Shown here in pieces: positions 1 to 8,334 of a stretch of 64,000 nucleotides of DNA. The position numbers were made by a program, and so were the translations under genes. The stretch lies in the NCBI GenBank assembly GCA_963779755.1, contig CAVZZO010000001.1, positions 1,340,845-1,404,844 on the forward strand. The letters are read 5' to 3'. The notes under the pieces were generated by a model. The model did not search any database. It saw only the letters and a program-made list of their open reading frames with translations, and was not told where the DNA came from. The stretch is from an uncultured Gemmatimonadales bacterium. Lineage in GTDB: Bacteria; Gemmatimonadota; Gemmatimonadetes; Gemmatimonadales; GWC2-71-9. Every line of letters begins with the position of its first letter. Position 1 is the first letter of the stretch.

Positions 1-311
1 GCGCCAGCTTCGTGAGCGAACTCGAAGGCGAAGTGCGCCGGCTGGGAGGCAGCCCCGGACGGGGCGGAAGCGCTCTCGGCGCGGTGCACCGCGGCTGGAT
101 GAACGTGAAGGGCTCCAGCGGCGGAGACCAGGAGAGCAGCATCATCTCCGAATGCGAACGGGGCGAGGACGGCGCGGTGCGCGATTATCGCAAGGCTCTG
201 CAACGGCCGCTCCCCTCCGATATCCGGACCCTCATCGAACGGCAGTTCGCGCATGTGCAGGATGCTCACGATCACATGCGGGCACTGGAGCGGGCCTATC
301 AGCATGGCTGA
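1..311 (+). CDS. PA2169/DUF2383-like four-helix-bundle protein, C-terminal part (5' end probably outside the window)
   Basis: The frame is open to the window edge (track ORF 12..311). The C-terminal pattern ...VRDYRKALQRPLPSDIRTLIERQFAHVQDAHDHMRALE resembles this family from memory. Third-position GC is high. Confidence 0.45.
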   Translation, partial: ASFVSELEGEVRRLGGSPGRGGSALGAVHRGWMNVKGSSGGDQESSIISECERGEDGAVRDYRKALQRPLPSDIRTLIERQFAHVQDAHDHMRALERAYQHG

Positions 312-1047
312 GCGCCGCGCCGGCGTCGCACTGGCCCTGATGCTGCTGGTCGGGTGCCAGGGGGGCGGGAATGCCGGCGAGCATGGCCGGCAGGACAGTG
401 AGCTGGGAGCTTCCCCCGCGGCACTGGTGCGGGTGGTACAGGCGGTGCCGGGCCGCGCGCTCGATCTGAGCCTGGTGGGCGACGTCACCTTCCGGGACCT
501 GCCCTTCCGGACCGTGACGCCCTATCGCCAGCTGCGGGACAACCAGGCCACCCTGAGGCTCTGGGCCCCGGGAGACAGTTCGGCGCTGGCCGAGGTGCGC
601 GAGATGCTGGTTGACGGCGAGCACTACACCGTGGTGGTACAGCCTGCTGCCGGCGGGGGCGCTCCGCGGCTCCGGGTGGTCAGCGACGACCCGTCAGGCT
701 GGGGGGAGGCGCGCAGCTGGGTCCGGGTCCTGCCGGCCCTGGTGGATACCACGGCGCTCGACCTCACCCTGAACGGCGCTCCGCTGCTGGGCACCATTAC
801 CCGCGGCAGTCAGTCCCAGTATCAGCCGGTACCGCCGGGGCGGGCGCAGTTTGCCCTGGCGCCGAGCGGTGGATCGGGAACGGTGCTGCGGATGCCCGCG
901 GCGACCCTGGTGCCGGGCCACCTGTACACGATCATCGTCACCGGGTCGCCGGGCGGAGCGCATCCCCTCGAGGCCATCACGGTTGAGGACCGCATGACCC
1001 ACCCGGATTCGGGCTACGTGGCGATCACCGGCCATCCCGAGCCCTGA
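304..1047 (+). CDS. DUF4397-like secreted lipoprotein
   Basis: An in-frame ATG at 304 gives MAERRAGVALALMLLVGCQ, a signal peptide with a lipobox-like LVGC. Two repeats show the DUF4397-type pattern (..GEHYTVVVQP.. and ..GHLYTIIVTG..). The start overlaps the stop of the upstream ORF. Confidence 0.55.
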   Translation: MAERRAGVALALMLLVGCQGGGNAGEHGRQDSELGASPAALVRVVQAVPGRALDLSLVGDVTFRDLPFRTVTPYRQLRDNQATLRLWAPGDSSALAEVREMLVDGEHYTVVVQPAAGGGAPRLRVVSDDPSGWGEARSWVRVLPALVDTTALDLTLNGAPLLGTITRGSQSQYQPVPPGRAQFALAPSGGSGTVLRMPAATLVPGHLYTIIVTGSPGGAHPLEAITVEDRMTHPDSGYVAITGHPEP

Positions 1048-1058
1048 AGGGAGCCATC

Positions 1059-2189
1059 ATGGAGCAGCCTTCCGCGCCCCGGAGGCGCACCCGCCGCAAG
1101 GTACGGTATGGCGTGGTTGGCCTGGGCCATATCGCCCAGGTGGCGGTGCTGCCGGCCTTTCCCCACGCCCGCCGCAATTCCACCCTGGGAGCCCTGGTCT
1201 CCAGCGATGATACCAAGCTCCGGAAGCTGGGCCAGCGCTACGGGGTCAAACGGCTGCACGGCTACGAAGCCTACGACGGTCTGCTCAAGAGCGGCGACGT
1301 GGACACGGTCTACCTGACCCTGCCCAACCACCTCCATGCCTCCTACGCCATCCGCGCCGCCGAAGCGGGGGTCCACGTGCTGGTGGAGAAGCCCATGGCG
1401 GTGACGGAGCGGGAGTGCCGGGACATGATCGCCGCCGCCAGCGGCAACGATGTCCGGCTGATGGTGGCGTATCGGCTGCATTTCGAGCCCGCGAATCTCC
1501 GCGCGGCCGAGCTGGTCCGCGAGCGCCGGCTGGGCACGCCCCGGTTGTTCAATTCGGTCTTCACCCAGCAGGTGAAGGCGGGGGATATCCGGCTGCGGCA
1601 GGAGACCGGCGGCGGCACCCTGTACGACGTGGGCGTGTACTGCATCAATGCCGTGCGCTACCTCTTCGGCGCCGAGCCGGTGGAGGCGACCGCGTTTGCC
1701 GGCAACAACGGCGAGGAGCGCTTTCGCGACGTCGATACGTCCATGTCGGCGGTGCTGCGCTATCCGGGCGATCGCCTGGCCAGCTTCACCGTCAGCTTCG
1801 GCACGGCCGATACGTCGGAGTACCGGGTGATCGGCACCGAGGGCGATCTGCGGCTGGAGCCGGCCTACGACTACAGCGGCGCGCTGCGGCACCACCTGAC
1901 GGTGGACGGCAAGACGTCGGTACGCACCTTCCGCAAGCGCGACCAGTTCGCGCCGGAGATTCTCTATTTCTCCGATTGCATCCGGGAGGGGCGCGAGCCC
2001 GAGCCGTCGGCCCGGGAGGGGCTGGCCGATGTGCGCATCATCGAGGCACTGCTGCGATCCGCCGAACTGGGACGCCCGGTTCCGCTCGAACCGCTGCCGC
2101 CCGGTGAGCTGCCCGGCGCGGAGCAGGCCTACGAGGTGCCGGCCGTGGAGAAGCCGGGACTGGTGCATACCGAATCCCCCACCCGGTAG
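1059..2189 (+). CDS. Gfo/Idh/MocA family NAD(P)-dependent oxidoreductase
   Basis: N-terminal Rossmann motif VRYGVVGLGHIAQVAVLPAF, then ..VYLTLPNHLHASYAIRAAEAGVHVLVEKPMA.. typical of glucose-fructose oxidoreductase-like enzymes. Confidence 0.85.
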   Translation: MEQPSAPRRRTRRKVRYGVVGLGHIAQVAVLPAFPHARRNSTLGALVSSDDTKLRKLGQRYGVKRLHGYEAYDGLLKSGDVDTVYLTLPNHLHASYAIRAAEAGVHVLVEKPMAVTERECRDMIAAASGNDVRLMVAYRLHFEPANLRAAELVRERRLGTPRLFNSVFTQQVKAGDIRLRQETGGGTLYDVGVYCINAVRYLFGAEPVEATAFAGNNGEERFRDVDTSMSAVLRYPGDRLASFTVSFGTADTSEYRVIGTEGDLRLEPAYDYSGALRHHLTVDGKTSVRTFRKRDQFAPEILYFSDCIREGREPEPSAREGLADVRIIEALLRSAELGRPVPLEPLPPGELPGAEQAYEVPAVEKPGLVHTESPTR

Positions 2190-2211
2190 GGGCCGGCGGA
2201 AGGAGCGGCAG

Positions 2212-3039
2212 ATGGCGCGACCATTGTGGAGCGGCAGTATCAGTTTCGGCATGGTGACCATCCCGGTGCGCATGTTCTCGGCCACCCGCAAGCACGATCT
2301 CCGCTTTCACCTGCTGCACGAGCTGTGCGGCACCCGGGTGCGGGAGCTGCGCTGGTGCCCCACCTGCGAACGTGAGGTGCCGTGGGACGAAATTCAGCGC
2401 GGCTACGAATACGCCAGCGACGAGTACGTCCCGCTCAGCAAGGAAGACTTCCAGAGCCTGCCCCTTCCCAGCCTCCATACTGTCGGCCTGAGCGCCTTCG
2501 TCCACGCCGGGGAGATCGACCCGATCTACTACGAGAAGAGCTATGCCCTGGAGCCGGATGAACAGGGCGAGCGTGCCTTTGTGCTGCTGCTCCGGACCCT
2601 GCAGCAGCGCGATCTGGTCGGCATCGGGACCGTAGCCCTGCGCCACCGGGAGCAGCTCTGCGCCCTCCGGGCCATGGACCACGTTCTCATGCTGGAAACG
2701 CTCTTCTATCCGGACGAAGTGCGGGTGGATGCGGCGAAACCGCTGCCTCGCGTGCGCCTCACCGACGCCGAGTTGACCATGGCGGCCAGCCTGGTGGAAG
2801 CCCTCACGCAGCCGTTCGACCCCGCGGCCTACCACGATCAGTACCGGGAAGCGCTGGAGGAGCTGATCGAGGAGCGGAAGAAGGGGCGGAAGGTCAGCCC
2901 GCCGGCTCCGGCAAGCGAGGAAGCGAAGGTGATCGACCTGGCCGAGGCGCTGCGGGCCAGCGTCGAGGCGGCAAGGCGATCCCGGCAGCCCCACAGCGGC
3001 CGCCGTGGGCGGCCTGCCCGCAGGGCCGCCGGCGGCTGA
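2212..3039 (+). CDS. ku: Ku protein (non-homologous end joining)
   Basis: ATG at 2212 preceded by GGAGCGG. The N-terminus MARPLWSGSISFGMVTIPVRMFSATRKHDLRFHLLH is the canonical bacterial Ku start. The basic C-terminal tail has the KVIDLAEALRASV motif. Confidence 0.9.
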   Translation: MARPLWSGSISFGMVTIPVRMFSATRKHDLRFHLLHELCGTRVRELRWCPTCEREVPWDEIQRGYEYASDEYVPLSKEDFQSLPLPSLHTVGLSAFVHAGEIDPIYYEKSYALEPDEQGERAFVLLLRTLQQRDLVGIGTVALRHREQLCALRAMDHVLMLETLFYPDEVRVDAAKPLPRVRLTDAELTMAASLVEALTQPFDPAAYHDQYREALEELIEERKKGRKVSPPAPASEEAKVIDLAEALRASVEAARRSRQPHSGRRGRPARRAAGG

Positions 3040-3084
3040 CCCGCTCCGGCTGGGCGGACCGTTTCCGCCCCGGTAGATTAGGGC

Positions 3085-3849
3085 ATGATCCCCTACCGGG
3101 ACGAGAATCCTACCCTCCGGACCCCGGTGGTGACGATCGGCGTCATCGCCGCCAACGTGTTGATGTGGCTGGTGGTGCAGCAGATGGGCGCCGAACCTGC
3201 CCTGTCCCGCTCCATATGCGAGCTGGGGCTCATTCCCGGCAGCTTCCTGCAGCGAGTGCCCGCCGGCACCGCCGTGCGGATGAGCCGGAGCGCCGTCTGC
3301 GTGATCGGCGGCGGGAGCAGTTGGTACACCCCGCTCAGCTCCATGTTTCTGCACGGCAGCTGGCTGCACATCTTGGGCAACATGTGGTTTCTCTGGGTCT
3401 TCGGGAACAACGTCGAGGACTCCATGGGACGCGCCCGCTTCCTCGCCTTCTATCTCCTCTGCGGCCTGGCCGCCGCCACGGCCCAGATGCTGGTGGCTCC
3501 CGGCTCGACCATCCCGATGGTGGGGGCCTCCGGCGCCATCGGCGGAGTGATGGGCGCCTACATCGTGCTCTATCCCCGGGTGCGGGTGCACATACTGGTC
3601 TTCCTGGGATTCTGGGTGACGACCATCGTCGTGCCGGCGTTCGTGATGCTGGGATTCTGGTTCCTGCTCCAGCTGCTGAGCGGGCTGCCCTCGCTGGGGG
3701 CGCAGACCGGCGGCGTGGCCTTCTGGGCCCACGTGGGCGGATTCCTCGGCGGGGCGCTGCTGGTCCTGGTGTTCCGCCGGGAGGATCTGGTGGCGCAGCA
3801 CCGGGCGCTCGCCCACACCTTCGGGCGGAGCCGGGTCCACCGATGGTGA
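3085..3849 (+). CDS. rhomboid family intramembrane serine protease
   Basis: Polytopic membrane protein with rhomboid signatures: HGSWLHILGNMWFLWVFG, GASGAIGGVMGAY (catalytic Ser) and AHVGGFLGG (catalytic His). Confidence 0.85.
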   Translation: MIPYRDENPTLRTPVVTIGVIAANVLMWLVVQQMGAEPALSRSICELGLIPGSFLQRVPAGTAVRMSRSAVCVIGGGSSWYTPLSSMFLHGSWLHILGNMWFLWVFGNNVEDSMGRARFLAFYLLCGLAAATAQMLVAPGSTIPMVGASGAIGGVMGAYIVLYPRVRVHILVFLGFWVTTIVVPAFVMLGFWFLLQLLSGLPSLGAQTGGVAFWAHVGGFLGGALLVLVFRREDLVAQHRALAHTFGRSRVHRW

Positions 3850-4010
3850 GTCGGCAGGGTGCCGGGGCGAACTCGTGTCGCCGGCTCAGCCGCCGCAATC
3901 GAGGCGTGCCCCGGAGGTGCCGTCCCGCTTCGGTGATATCTTTCCATATTCACGAGGCAGGCGACGTTCCCCTCCTCCGCTTCTGCGGCGTCATCATGTG
4001 AGCCGTCGGT

Positions 4011-5000
4011 ATGGCTGAGACTGTCCACGACCGCGATACCCTGATCCCGGTGGCCGCCCGCAATCCGGGGATCCCGCTGGAGCTCGACTGGGTCCGCGAC
4101 GTCCGGATCAACCGCAGCGCGGTCGAGCGGCGCGCCGCGACGCTGGGGCCGCGCCGCTCGGTCAAGCGCGAGTGGCAGGCGGCCTGGCTGCTGCGGGCCA
4201 TCACCTGCATCGATCTCACCACCCTTCAGGGCGATGACACGCCGGGCCGGGTCCGCCGGCTCTGCGCCAAGGCGCGGCAACCGGTGCGCCTGGATCTGCT
4301 GCAGGCGCTGGGCGCGGAGCGGCTGCCCATCCGGGCTGCCGCGGTCTGCGTCTACCACGCCTTCGTGGAGACGGCGGTGGAGGCGCTGCAGGGCTCGGGT
4401 ATTCCGGTGGCCGCGGTTTCCACCGGCTTCCCCGCGGGGTTGTCGCCGGTGGCTCAGCGTCTGGCGGAGATCCGCGCATCGGTTGCGGCCGGCGCCGAAG
4501 AAATCGACGTGGTGATCACCCGGGCTCACGTGCTCACCGGGAACTGGCCGGCACTATACGCCGAGGTCCGCAGCTTTCGCGATGCCTGCGGCGACACCCA
4601 TATCAAGACCATCCTTGCCACCGGAGAGCTGGCCACGCTGCGCAACGTGGCCCGGGCCAGCCTGGTGTGCATGATGGCCGGCGCCGATTTCATCAAGACG
4701 TCCACCGGCAAGGAGCCGGTGAATGCCACCCTTCCGGTCGGCCTGGTCATGGCCCGGGCCATCCGCGCCTATCGCGAGCGCACCGGCTACCGCGTGGGGT
4801 TCAAGGCCGCCGGCGGGATCCGGACCGCCAGACAGGCGCTCCAGTGGCTGGCCCTGCTGAAAGACGAGCTGGGCGCTCCCTGGCTGCGGCCCGAGCTGTT
4901 CCGCTTCGGGGCCAGCTCGTTGCTCCTGGACATCGAACGCCAGCTGGAACATTTCGCCACCGGGCGCTACTCGGCGGCCTATCGGCATCCGATGGCGTGA
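4011..5000 (+). CDS. deoC: deoxyribose-phosphate aldolase (long form)
   Basis: Motifs CIDLTTLQGDDT, KTILATGEL and ADFIKTSTGK (Schiff-base Lys region) are typical of DeoC. Confidence 0.85.
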   Translation: MAETVHDRDTLIPVAARNPGIPLELDWVRDVRINRSAVERRAATLGPRRSVKREWQAAWLLRAITCIDLTTLQGDDTPGRVRRLCAKARQPVRLDLLQALGAERLPIRAAAVCVYHAFVETAVEALQGSGIPVAAVSTGFPAGLSPVAQRLAEIRASVAAGAEEIDVVITRAHVLTGNWPALYAEVRSFRDACGDTHIKTILATGELATLRNVARASLVCMMAGADFIKTSTGKEPVNATLPVGLVMARAIRAYRERTGYRVGFKAAGGIRTARQALQWLALLKDELGAPWLRPELFRFGASSLLLDIERQLEHFATGRYSAAYRHPMA

Positions 5001-5003
5001 CCA

Positions 5004-5091
5004 CAGGGATCGGGGACCAGGGATCGGGAGTCAGGGCCCCTGATTCCTGATTCCTGATCCCTGGTCCCTGATCCCTGAATCCCCGATTCCC
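5004..5091. repeat. imperfect hairpin built from tandem heptamers (GGGATCG/GGGACCA arm against a TGATCCC/TGATTCC x6 arm)
   Basis: Read directly. The left arm cagggatcggggaccagggatcgggagtcaggg is roughly the reverse complement of the right arm ccctgattcctgattcctgatccctggtccctgatccctg. It fills the deoC-ALDH spacer. Confidence 0.8.
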
Positions 5092-5100
5092 GGTCTCTCT

Positions 5101-6600
5101 ATGGCCAGCATCCCCGAGATCTTCGAATCCCTCGACTACGGTCCCGCTCCCGAGTCGGCCGGCCCCGCCGTCGGCTGGCTGGAAAAGCACCAACGCCGGT
5201 TCGGGCTCTTCATCAACGGCGAGTGGGTGCAGTCCGGAGAGAGCTTTCCAACCGTGAATCCGGCTACCGGCGAGAGGCTGGCGGAGATCGCCCAGGCGGG
5301 GGAGCGGGAGGTCGAGCAGGCGGTGGCCGCGGCCGCGGCTGTGCAGCCGGCCTGGTGGAAACTCGGCGGCCACGGCAGGGCGCGCCATCTCTACGCCCTC
5401 GCCCGCCAGGTCCAGAAACACTCCCGGCTCTTTGCCGTGCTGGAATCGCTGGACAACGGCAAGCCCATCCGGGAGTCGCGCGATATCGACATCCCGCTGG
5501 TGGCGCGCCACTTCTATCATCACGCCGGATGGGCGCAGCTCATGGCCACCGAGCTGCCGGGCGAGGTGCCGGTGGGGGTGGTGGGGCAGATTATCCCCTG
5601 GAACTTCCCGCTGCTGATGCTGAGCTGGAAGATCGCGCCGGCGCTCGCCATGGGGAACACGGTGGTACTGAAGCCCGCCGAGTTCACCCCGCTGACCGCG
5701 CTGCTCTTTGCCGATCTCTGCCGGGAGGCGGGGCTGCCGCCCGGGGTGGTAAACATCATCACCGGCGATGGCCGCACCGGCGAGCTGCTGGTGCGCCACC
5801 CCGGCGTGGCCAAGATCGCCTTTACCGGCAGCACCGAGGTCGGCCGGCTCATCCGGACCGCCACGGCCGGCAGCGGCAAGCGGTTGTCGCTGGAACTGGG
5901 CGGCAAGTCGCCGTTCATGGTCTACGAAGACGCCGACCTCGACAGCGTCGTGGAAGGCGTGGTGGACGCGATCTGGTTCAACCAGGGGCAGGTCTGCTGC
6001 GCCGGGTCCCGTATTCTGGCGCAGGAGGGCGTGGCCGACGCTCTGGTATCGAAGCTGCGCGCCCGCATGGAATCCTTGCGCGTCGGCTCGCCGCTCGACA
6101 AGGCTGTGGATATCGGCGCCATCGTGGCGCCGGTGCAGCTGGAACGCATTCAGACCCTGGTGCGGCGCGGAGAGGAAGAGGGTGCCACCTGCTGGCAACC
6201 GTCCTGGGCCTGTCCCGAGGAGGGACTGTTCTACCCGCCCACCCTGTTTACCGATGTTGCTCCCTCGGCCACCATCGCCCAGGAGGAGATCTTCGGGCCG
6301 GTGGTGGTGCTCATGACCTTCCGCACGCCCGACGAATCGGTGGAGCTGGCCAACAACACACGCTACGGCCTGGCCGCCAGCCTCTGGACCGAGAACATCA
6401 ACCTGGCGCTCGATATCGCTCCCCGGGTGAAGGCGGGTACGGTCTGGATCAACTGCACCAACGTGTTCGATGCCGCCTCCGGCTTCGGCGGCTACCGGGA
6501 GAGCGGGTTCGGCCGCGAGGGCGGGAAGGAAGGCTTGTGGGAATACGTCCGGCCCACATGGGAATCCCAGGCCGGTGCGGAAGCACCGCCCGCCCCCCAC
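5101..6600 (+). CDS. aldehyde dehydrogenase, complete catalytic module; the literal ORF runs on without a stop to 7029 as off-frame-looking sequence
   Basis: ALDH motifs are present: PWNFPLLM, GNTVVLKPAEFTP, FTGSTEVG, ELGGKSP (catalytic Glu), QGQVCCAGSR (catalytic Cys), EEIFGPV and GYRESGFGREGG. Homology-like sequence ends near ..GLWEYVRPTWE (about 6560). The remaining 150 codons are Arg/Pro/Ala-rich junk. Confidence 0.8.
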
Positions 6601-7481
6601 CTGCCCGCCCGGCCGCCCGCCCGGTTGCGCTCCCTCCCATCGACCGCACCGCCAAGCTCTACATCGGCGGCAGGCAGGTGCGGCCCGACGGCGGCTACAG
6701 CGACCCGGTCCACGGCGCCGATGGCACGGTGCTGGGCGAGGTGGCCCGGGCCAACCGCAAGGACGTCCGCAACGCGGTGGAGGCAGCGCACCAGGCCGGC
6801 GGCTGGGCGCGCGCCACGGCGCACACCCGGGCGCAGATTCTCTACTATCTGGCCGAGAACCTCTCCGCCCGCTCGGAGGAATTCGTCCGCCGGGTGGCGG
6901 CGCTCACCGGTGAGCGCCGGGCCGCCGCGGCGCGCGAGGTGGCGCTCACGATCGAGCGGCTCTACACCTGGGCGGCCTGGGCGGACAAGTGGGACGGGGC
7001 GGTGCACCATACCCCGTTCCGCAATGTGACCCTTGCCATGCCGGAGCCGCTGGGGGTGCTGGGCATCGTCTGTCCGGCCGAGCGGCCGCTGCTGGGGCTG
7101 GTGGCCACCGTTGCTCCGGCCATCGCCATGGGCAATACCGTGGTCGCGGTGCCCTCGGAGGCGCTGCCGCTGGCCGCCACCGATTTCTATCAGGTCATCG
7201 ATACTTCCGATGTCCCGCCCGGCGTGGTCAACCTGTTGACCGGGCCGGCCGACGAGCTGACCCGGGTGCTGGCCGCGCACGACGATGTAGACGGACTCTG
7301 GTACTTCGGGTCCTCCCGGGGGAGCGCCGAAGTCGAGCGCCTCTCGGCCGCCAACATGAAACGGACCTGGGTGAGCTACGGCCGTGCGCGCGACTGGGCC
7401 GATCCCGTGCAGGGAGCCGGCCCGGAATTCCTGCGCCGGGCGACGCAGGTCAAGAACATCTGGATTCCCTACGGCGAGTAG
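6558..7481 (+). CDS. ALDH-like second module (NAD-binding half only, no catalytic Cys region). It is either the frameshifted C-terminal part of a fused two-module ALDH or a separate gene starting at ATG 6558.
   Basis: The frame of track ORF 5223..7481 becomes protein-like only from ..PPIDRTAKLYIGGRQVRPDGGY. It contains GNTVVAVPSE and PPGVVNLLTG, which parallel GNTVVLKPAE and PPGVVNIITG of module 1. It ends about 35 aa after the ELGGK-equivalent position. Confidence 0.65.
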   Translation: MGIPGRCGSTARPPPARPAARPVALPPIDRTAKLYIGGRQVRPDGGYSDPVHGADGTVLGEVARANRKDVRNAVEAAHQAGGWARATAHTRAQILYYLAENLSARSEEFVRRVAALTGERRAAAAREVALTIERLYTWAAWADKWDGAVHHTPFRNVTLAMPEPLGVLGIVCPAERPLLGLVATVAPAIAMGNTVVAVPSEALPLAATDFYQVIDTSDVPPGVVNLLTGPADELTRVLAAHDDVDGLWYFGSSRGSAEVERLSAANMKRTWVSYGRARDWADPVQGAGPEFLRRATQVKNIWIPYGE

Positions 7482-7493
7482 CGGGCTGGTCTC

Positions 7494-8237
7494 TCAGCCG
7501 GCGGACCGCGGTGCCTGCAGGATCTGGGCAGCCATGCGCTGTCCCCCGATTCGGTAGGGCGAAACCACATGCGTCGCGCCCGCGCGGAGCAGCTTGGCCT
7601 CCGCGCTGCGGTGGCTGGCGCGGGCCACGATCGTGAGGCGGGGTTGCAGGGTGCGCGCCGTCAGGCTGATCACGATGTTGGTCGAGTCGTCGCCCGTGGC
7701 CGCGACCAGCCCTGCGGCGCGCTGGATGCCCGCGCGTTCCAGCGCATCCTCGCTCGACGCATCGGCCTCGATGCAGAGCAGGCCCGGCTCCAGCGTGGCC
7801 AGGGGAGCCGGATCGGACTCGATGACCACCACCTCGGCCCCCTCGCCGCGGAGGTCCTCGACCACCTGCTGTCCCACCCGGCCATATCCGCAGACGATAT
7901 AGTGGCCCGTCAGGACGTCGATCGCGTGCTGCATGCGGCGTATCCTCAGTGTTCCGGTGAGTTCCCCGCCGATCAGGTACTCTACCAGCGTGCTCAGCAG
8001 GAAGGCCATGGTGCCGACCCCGCCCAGGATAAGCGCAATGGTAAAGACCCGCCCGGCGGACGAGAGCGTGTGGACCTCGCCGAACCCGACGGTGGTCAGG
8101 GTGATCACCGTCATGTAGAGCGCGTCCAGCGCCGAATAGCCCTCCAGCACCACATAGCCGGCCGTGCCCACCAGAGCAAAGGCGAGCAGGGCCAGGCCCA
8201 GCCGGATGAGCCGGAGGCGGAGGGTGCCCGAAGGCAT
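7494..8237 (-). CDS. potassium channel protein (2-TM pore plus RCK/TrkA-N domain)
   Basis: ATG at 8237 (MPSGTLRLRLIRLG). K+ selectivity filter TLTTVGFGE, then the Rossmann motif HYIVCGYGRVGQQVVEDL of the RCK domain. Confidence 0.8.
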   Translation of the reverse strand: MPSGTLRLRLIRLGLALLAFALVGTAGYVVLEGYSALDALYMTVITLTTVGFGEVHTLSSAGRVFTIALILGGVGTMAFLLSTLVEYLIGGELTGTLRIRRMQHAIDVLTGHYIVCGYGRVGQQVVEDLRGEGAEVVVIESDPAPLATLEPGLLCIEADASSEDALERAGIQRAAGLVAATGDDSTNIVISLTARTLQPRLTIVARASHRSAEAKLLRAGATHVVSPYRIGGQRMAAQILQAPRSAG

Positions 8238-8334
8238 GCGGGAGATCCTTCCAGTTGTCGGGGGACGCCGCGCGAAAACTATTGCGGATGGGTGGGCGGG
8301 GAAAGGAGTGACGCCGGGTCGGGGCTCCGGTTCC

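Noticed and set aside
2038-3840. 600-aa minus-strand ORF spanning the Ku and rhomboid genes. Similar giants occur at 4801..6600(-), 11275..13788(+), 27244..28800(+), 30259..33129(-), 34440..35630(-) and 43055..44566(-).
   Set aside because: Their translations are Arg/Pro/Gly/His-rich low-complexity sequence with no motifs. Each lies antisense or off-frame to a gene with clear family signatures. These are typical stop-poor shadow ORFs of very GC-rich DNA.
5223-6557. N-terminal 445 codons of the frame-3 ORF 5223..7481.
   Set aside because: This part is off-frame to the well-supported ALDH module 1 and reads as junk. Only the part from about 6558/6630 onward is protein-like.
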